This document shows positions 9,034-13,692 of a stretch of 13,692 bases of DNA, in pieces. A model generated the notes under the pieces. It was not told where the DNA came from. It searched no databases and worked only from the letters and a program-made list of their open reading frames with translations. Every line of letters starts with the position of its first letter. Position 1 is the stretch's first letter. Position numbers and translations under genes: made by a program. The stretch lies in the IMG/VR virus record IMGVR_UViG_2660238346_000020; one strand, 5' to 3'. The DNA comes from a virus (Duplodnaviria > Heunggongvirae > Uroviricota > Caudoviricetes).

Positions 9034-9249
9034 TGAACGGGCCAGAACGCCGGTGGCTACATCTCGTGCGAGTGATGTCTTATCATGTTTGAATCCTTCA
9101 CCACGATCGGTAATATTTCCGCCGCCAGCGTTAGCACCGGAAGGCGTACGGGTAATGCCTGAAACATAATTTCCGTAAAGCAGTCAGGACACTTACTTGC
9201 TCTTTTATGAACACTCTTTTATGAAAATTGAAACGGAGAATACTGCCAG

Positions 9250-10650
9250 ATGAGTCATCAGTGTTCACTTTCTGAACTGAATGAAAACCTGGTGCCTTTC
9301 ACTGCCAGGCAGATTAAGTCCTCATTAATCTGGTGTGCAGAGGATGTCAGAAATCCAGACGAGCTGCAAAATGCCTGCAGTTATATTATCGATCCTGGCA
9401 GTACAGCTTCTGCCAAAGTGTTCCATGCAGAGCGCTATGGTGGCAGTGGTATTCAGCGTAATGGAGGTGGTGCACGTTGTGGGTTTGATGGTAACTACCA
9501 GGTTAAAGGAATAGGAAGTAATCCGTTGGTTGGCGAAGGTACTGACGAACGTCATTCTAATGGTGCACTCGGCGCTGTTCATGCAATATATGAGGCTTTG
9601 TGGGGAGAAGTACTGGCTCAAATATTACCTTATAGTGCTGTGCGGGTTCGGGCGGTTTTACTTACAGATCTCTATACTGAAAAGGCATTTGAGCGCTCCG
9701 GTAGGAAATCACGAAGAGCCCTGTTGGTACGTGAGCCTGTTGTTCGCCCGGCGCATTTTGAACGGGCACCTTACTTCCAAGTAAAACCGGAGTATTCCAG
9801 TCAGTTAATTCACGATGCCTGTCGGGTTAGATCTGTGATCCACAAGCTGCCAGGATATCTACCTGTACCACCGGAAGAAATTGATGCTGAAGCACGAACT
9901 GATCCCCGGATTTATTGCATTGAGGGGTTATGTGAACTGGCACGTCGTGAGGCCTGGCAAATGGCATTTTGTCGAACACGTTTCCTGAGATTGACAACTT
10001 CTCCTTCTAATATTGCAATGGATGGCAGATTAATGGATTTTAACGGACTCAGTTGTCTGTTTCCGGGAGATTCCCCAGCTGATTTTGGGTATAAACTAAG
10101 ATTAGCTGAACTGGCAAAAGAACCGATGGTACTTATGCAAGGGCTGTCTGATCTCTGCTTGTATATCGGAAAATATATGTTTGACCCTGACTTCACTCTT
10201 GCAGCCCGTTTGAAGGTTGAGGAGATATTTCAGAAAACTTTTCATGAAGCATGTTATTACTGTTATCTAGAACTGTTGGGTATTCCTGGAGAATTTATAA
10301 CACAAAAAGAGATACCTGATATATTGAAAGAACTGGTTAACAGTTTTGTTGCATTACTCAATAAATACTGCGAGAAATCACATGCCCAAGATATTGTCAA
10401 TCAGGATGGTTCACCATTGCAAAAGTTGGTTGTGACGCTAATCCATCATAGGCATAATCAAAAGCAGGCACTGAATAGTAGCATCAAGAATGATGTTTAT
10501 TTCACCGTTGCACAACAGTGTTTTTCCCAGGCCATCCACTGGCTGACGCAAGGCAGTACCAGACGTCAGATAAATGCCTCATTACTCCTGAAAGAAATTG
10601 AACATCATACCATGAAAAGGCTGCAACCCAGGGAAGAGCTGAGGAAATAG
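9250..10650 (+). CDS. mchC: Microcin maturation protein, MchC/MceJ-like (466 aa); assignment by operon context
   Basis: Large ORF with SD (acggag) immediately upstream of the HlyC-family acyltransferase gene and the CvaA/CvaB-family exporter genes, the arrangement of siderophore-microcin (H47/M/E492) clusters. I cannot confirm homology from memory of the MchC sequence. Confidence 0.5.
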   Translation: MSHQCSLSELNENLVPFTARQIKSSLIWCAEDVRNPDELQNACSYIIDPGSTASAKVFHAERYGGSGIQRNGGGARCGFDGNYQVKGIGSNPLVGEGTDERHSNGALGAVHAIYEALWGEVLAQILPYSAVRVRAVLLTDLYTEKAFERSGRKSRRALLVREPVVRPAHFERAPYFQVKPEYSSQLIHDACRVRSVIHKLPGYLPVPPEEIDAEARTDPRIYCIEGLCELARREAWQMAFCRTRFLRLTTSPSNIAMDGRLMDFNGLSCLFPGDSPADFGYKLRLAELAKEPMVLMQGLSDLCLYIGKYMFDPDFTLAARLKVEEIFQKTFHEACYYCYLELLGIPGEFITQKEIPDILKELVNSFVALLNKYCEKSHAQDIVNQDGSPLQKLVVTLIHHRHNQKQALNSSIKNDVYFTVAQQCFSQAIHWLTQGSTRRQINASLLLKEIEHHTMKRLQPREELRK

Positions 10651-10653
10651 AAT

Positions 10654-10800
10654 ATGTGCGAAAAAATTGCCATCCTGCTGGATAATCATGGCGATGATCC
10701 CCTTTTTTTACAAGAAGCAATTTCTGATATGAAAAATTTTATGCTTAAGTTTTCCAGAGATGCATTTGGATATCTTGAACCGATAAGAAACACAGTGTAA
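10654..10800 (+). CDS. Unlisted 48-aa ORF between mchC-like and mchD-like genes (MCEKIAILLDNHGDDPLFLQEAISDMKNFMLKFSRDAFGYLEPIRNTV)
   Basis: Direct: ATG 3 nt after the mchC stop with GAGGAAA 7 nt upstream; ends 25 nt before the mchD ATG. Below the length cutoff of the ORF track. No double-glycine leader and no Gly/Ser-rich core, so it does not look like a microcin precursor. Confidence 0.3.
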   Translation: MCEKIAILLDNHGDDPLFLQEAISDMKNFMLKFSRDAFGYLEPIRNTV

Positions 10801-10825
10801 TAAATATATAAGGGAAATAGTAATC

Positions 10826-11278
10826 ATGTCTTATATAAGGGAAACCATCAGAGGAAAAGATGAATGGACTGTTTATGAACAGATCGGTTTTGCGGTCAGT
10901 TGTATGCTCTACAATCGTAATTACAGTCTGTATCCGGTGTTAACCATTCAATACTGGACTGAATATGCGATACAGCATAATCAGATTAAATTCCTGTTTG
11001 ATTCACGAGGTTTTCCACTGGCGTATATTACTTGGGCATATCTTGAGGCTGATACAGAAGCGCGCCTGCTCAGGGATCCAGAATTCAGGTTGCATCCGTC
11101 TGAATGGAATGAAGATGGAAGGATCTGGATTCTGGATTTCTGTTGTAAACCAGGCTTTGGTCGAAAAGTTATTGACTATCTCATACAGCTTCAGCCATGG
11201 GGAGAAGGAGAAGTACGATGGTTAAGCAGGCGAAAGAAAATTGTGACATACATCCCTGAGCGGCTGCATAAAACGTAG
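10826..11278 (+). CDS. mchD: HlyC/toxin-activating acyltransferase family protein, MchD/MceI-like microcin maturation factor (150 aa)
   Basis: Alignable by eye to HlyC: AIQHNQIKFLFDSRGFPLAYITWAYLEADTE vs HlyC [30 protein letters not shown], and WNEDGRIWILDFCCKPGFG vs W.SGDRKWFIDWIAPFG. No RTX toxin gene nearby, consistent with the microcin-type paralogue. Confidence 0.7.
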   Translation: MSYIRETIRGKDEWTVYEQIGFAVSCMLYNRNYSLYPVLTIQYWTEYAIQHNQIKFLFDSRGFPLAYITWAYLEADTEARLLRDPEFRLHPSEWNEDGRIWILDFCCKPGFGRKVIDYLIQLQPWGEGEVRWLSRRKKIVTYIPERLHKT

Positions 11279-11430
11279 TACCTCTGAAGATACAGAGATA
11301 ATTGTAAATTACGGGGTAAATGCATCGCTGATACTATTTTGACAGGACTCTGTATTTTCTGGCTTTGATTATAGCATTTCGGTTAACCAGTGAAGGTATT
11401 ACAGGAAAAGTGTGAGTAAGAGGAGCTATT

Positions 11431-12705
11431 TTGTTTCTTCAGGATGCTTTAGAAAACAGAAAAATGAAGTGGCAGGGACGGGCAATATTACTTCCCGGAA
11501 TACCACTATGGTTAATCATGCTGGGAAGCATAGTGTTTATTACGGCATTTCTGATGTTCATTATTGTTGGTACCTATAGCCGCCGTGTTAATGTCAGTGG
11601 TGAGGTCACAACCTGGCCAAGAGCTGTCAATATATATTCAGGTGTACAGGGATTTGTTGTCAGGCAGTTTGTTCATGAAGGACAGTTGATAAAAAAAGGG
11701 GATCCTGTTTATCTGATTGACATCAGTAAAAGTACACGTAGTGGTATTGTCACTGATAATCATCGTCGGGATATAGAAAACCAGCTGGTTCGTGTGGACA
11801 ACATTATTTCCCGTCTGGAAGAAAGTAAAAAAATAACGCTAGATACCCTGGAAAAACAACGCCTGCAATACACAGATGCGTTTCGTTGCTCATCAGATAT
11901 TATACAGCGTGCAGAGGAAGGGATAAAAATAATGAAAAACAATATGGAGAATTACAGAAACTATCAGACAAAAGGGCTGATTAATAAAGATCAGTTAACT
12001 AACCAGGTGGCATTATATTATCAGCAACAAAACAATCTTCTTAGCCTGAGCGGACAGAACGAACAGAATGCCCTGCAGATAACCACTCTGGAGAGTCAGA
12101 TTCAAACTCAGGCAGCAGATTTTGATAACCGTATCTACCAGATGGAACTGCAACGGTACGAGTTACAGAAAGAACTGGTTAACACTGATGTGGAGGGCGA
12201 AATCATTATCCGGGCGTTGACTGACGGGAAAGTTGACTCCCTGAGTGTCACTGTCGGGCAAATGGTCAATACCGGAGACAGCCTTCTGCAGGTTATTCCT
12301 GAGAACATTGAAAATTATTATCTTATTCTCTGGGTCCCGAATGATGCTGTTCCTTATATTTCGGCTGGTGACAAAGTGAATATTCGTTATGAAGCCTTTC
12401 CGGCAGAAAAATTTGGGCAGTTCTCTGCTACGGTTAAAACTATATCCAGGACTCCTGCGTCAACACAGGAAATGTTGACCTATAAGGGAGCACCACAGAA
12501 TACGCCGGGCGCCTCTGTTCCCTGGTATAAAGTCATTGCGATGCCTGAAAAGCAGATTATCAGATATGGCGAAAAATACCTCCCTCTGGAAAATGGAATG
12601 AAAGCCGAAAGTACACTATTTCTGGAAAAAAGGCGTATTTACCAGTGGATGCTTTCTCCTTTCTATGACATGAAACACAGTGCAACAGGACCGCTCAATG
12701 ACTAA
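11431..12705 (+). CDS. mchE: CvaA/MchE-family membrane fusion protein (HlyD family) of the microcin type I secretion system (424 aa from the TTG start)
   Basis: Near-identical to CvaA as recalled (M F . [56 protein letters not shown]...). N-terminal TM helix then coiled-coil periplasmic domain. AGGAG RBS 6 nt before the TTG. The 3' end overlaps the mchF ATG by 8 nt. Confidence 0.9.
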   Translation: MFLQDALENRKMKWQGRAILLPGIPLWLIMLGSIVFITAFLMFIIVGTYSRRVNVSGEVTTWPRAVNIYSGVQGFVVRQFVHEGQLIKKGDPVYLIDISKSTRSGIVTDNHRRDIENQLVRVDNIISRLEESKKITLDTLEKQRLQYTDAFRCSSDIIQRAEEGIKIMKNNMENYRNYQTKGLINKDQLTNQVALYYQQQNNLLSLSGQNEQNALQITTLESQIQTQAADFDNRIYQMELQRYELQKELVNTDVEGEIIIRALTDGKVDSLSVTVGQMVNTGDSLLQVIPENIENYYLILWVPNDAVPYISAGDKVNIRYEAFPAEKFGQFSATVKTISRTPASTQEMLTYKGAPQNTPGASVPWYKVIAMPEKQIIRYGEKYLPLENGMKAESTLFLEKRRIYQWMLSPFYDMKHSATGPLND

Positions 12706-13471
12706 CGGGAATTTCAGACAAATTATAAATCAGCTTGATATGCGCTGGCGACGTCGTGTTCCGGTTATTCATCAGACGGAGACCGCTGAATGTGGACTGG
12801 CCTGCCTGGCAATGATATGCGGTCATTTTGGTAAGAATATTGACCTGATATCTCTTCGCCGGAAGTTTAATCTCTCGGCCCGTGGAGCAAACCTTGCAGG
12901 AATCAATGGAATAGCGGAGCAGCTGGGGATGGTCACCCGGGCTCTTTCACTGGAGCTGAATGAGCTTGGTGCCCTCAAAATGCCGTGTATTCTCCACTGG
13001 GATTTCAGTCACTTCGTCGTGCTGGTCAGCGTAAAGCGTAACCGTTATGTACTGCATGATCCGGCCAGAGGCAGAAGATATCTCGGTCGGGAGGAAATGA
13101 GCCGGTATTTTACGGGCATTGCACTGGAGGTCTGGCCCGGAAGTGAATTCCAGGCGGAAACCCAGCAGACCCGCATAAGTCTCCGTTCACTGATTAACAG
13201 TATTTACGGTATTAAAAGAACACTGGCGAAAATTTTCTGTCTGTCAGTTGTAATTGAAGCAATCAATCTGGTAATGCCGGTGGGGACTCAGCTGGTTATG
13301 GATCATGCGATTCCGGCGGGGGACAGAGGGCTGCTGACGCTTATTTCTGCTGGCCTTATGTTCTTTATATTGCTCAAGGCCGCGGTGAGTATGCTGCGTG
13401 CATGGTCCTCACTAGTTATGAGCACGCTCATCAATGTACAGTGGCAGTCGGTGATGCTGCCAACTTACTGA
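12698..13471 (+). pseudogene. mchF: CvaB/MchF-family bacteriocin ABC transporter, 5' fragment only: C39 peptidase domain and first TM region (about 251 native codons), truncated by IS1
   Basis: [50 protein letters not shown]... (C39 catalytic Cys in ECGLAC and His in HFVVL) matches CvaB through ...LINVQWQS. From 13450 the frame reads IS1 terminal sequence (VMLPTY*). Transmembrane and ATPase domains are absent from the window. Confidence 0.88.
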
Positions 13472-13692
13472 TTTAGTGTATGATGGTGTTTTTGAGGTGC
13501 TCCAGTGGCTTCTGTTTCTATCAGCTGTCCCTCCTGTTCAGCTACTGACGGGGTGGTGCGTAACGGCAAAAGCACCGCCGGACATCAGCGCTATCTCTGC
13601 TCTCACTGCCGTAAAACATGGCAACTGCAGTTCAATTACACCGCTTCTCAACCTGGTACGCACCAGAAAAGCATTGATATGGCCATGAATGG
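13450..13692 (+). mobile_element. IS1 insertion sequence, left end with terminal inverted repeat; continues beyond the window
   Basis: Direct: GGTGATGCTGCCAACTTACTGATTTAGTGTATGATGGTGTTTTTGAGGTGCTCCAGTGGCTTCTGTTTCTATCAGCTG is the canonical IS1 terminus and insA upstream region. Confidence 0.92.
13505..13692 (+). CDS. insA: IS1 InsA (partial, runs off window end); GTG start
   Basis: Translation [63 protein letters not shown] matches InsA, with two substitutions against the variant I recall. Not in the ORF track because no stop lies within the window; the listed ORF 13476..13688 is in a different frame. Confidence 0.88.
   Translation, partial: MASVSISCPSCSATDGVVRNGKSTAGHQRYLCSHCRKTWQLQFNYTASQPGTHQKSIDMAMN

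Larger units (their letters stand above)
4131..9183 (-). mobile_element. Lambdoid prophage remnant integrated at wrbA: int, xis, orf86, exo (frameshifted), bet, gam, orf379; right boundary approximate
   Basis: Gene order and orientation match the int-proximal (PL) arm of lambda-like phages. No N/cI/cro, replication, lysis or morphogenesis genes follow; microcin genes begin at 9250 instead. Confidence 0.75.

Noticed and set aside
9325-10720. ORFs 9325..9621 (-), 9530..9784 (+), 9912..10196 (-), 10502..10720 (-)
   Set aside because: They are embedded in or overlap the 466-aa mchC-like gene or the 48-aa ORF and have no RBS support.
11290-11320. Possible Fur box upstream of mchE (gataattgtaaattac)
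   Set aside because: Only the first hexamer matches the GATAAT-based Fur consensus; the rest is poor. The region is AT-rich, so this level of match is expected by chance.
11362-11395. Perfect TATAAT hexamer on the minus strand between mchD and mchE
   Set aside because: No convincing -35 partner (best 4/6 at 16-bp spacing), and it would drive antisense transcription into mchD; likely a chance occurrence in AT-rich DNA.
10965-11942. ORFs 10965..11225 (+) and 11760..11942 (-)
   Set aside because: They lie inside the mchD-like and mchE genes respectively, in alternative frames.
9034-13449. Search for a microcin precursor or immunity gene (double-glycine leader peptide, small hydrophobic immunity protein) in the intergenic spaces
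   Set aside because: No small ORF in the intergenic regions 9034-9249, 10651-10825 or 11279-11430 shows a leader ending in GG/GA followed by a Gly/Ser-rich core, or a two-helix hydrophobic immunity-like peptide. The 48-aa ORF lacks these features.
13476-13688. ORF 13476..13688 (+), 70 aa
   Set aside because: It lies within IS1 but out of frame relative to InsA. The correct reading is the GTG-initiated insA frame from 13505, which is absent from the ORF track only because it has no stop inside the window.

Overview
Enterobacterial (E. coli/Shigella-type) chromosomal window with three parts. (1) 1-4130: conserved core genes, namely tandem REP/BIME repeats, cbpM-cbpA (-), agp (+) and yccJ-wrbA (-). 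(2) About 4131-9183: a lambdoid prophage remnant inserted in the 5' end of wrbA, carrying only the int-proximal arm (int, putative xis, a small ORF, frameshifted exo, bet, gam, and a 379-aa acidic protein of unknown function). (3) 9250-13449: a visibly AT-richer class IIb (siderophore-type) microcin maturation/export gene set (mchC-like, an unlisted 48-aa ORF, HlyC-family acyltransferase mchD-like, CvaA-family mchE, CvaB-family mchF), with mchF cut after the C39 peptidase domain by an IS1 insertion that runs to the window end. No microcin precursor or immunity gene, and no phage regulatory, replication, lysis or structural genes, are visible. The region reads as a decayed composite accessory island; the best candidates for something undescribed are the 379-aa acidic zinc-ribbon protein in the phage accessory slot and the small ORF inside the microcin maturation operon, and neither can be assigned a function from sequence alone. 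All identifications rest on reading the translations against remembered protein families; no database search was run.
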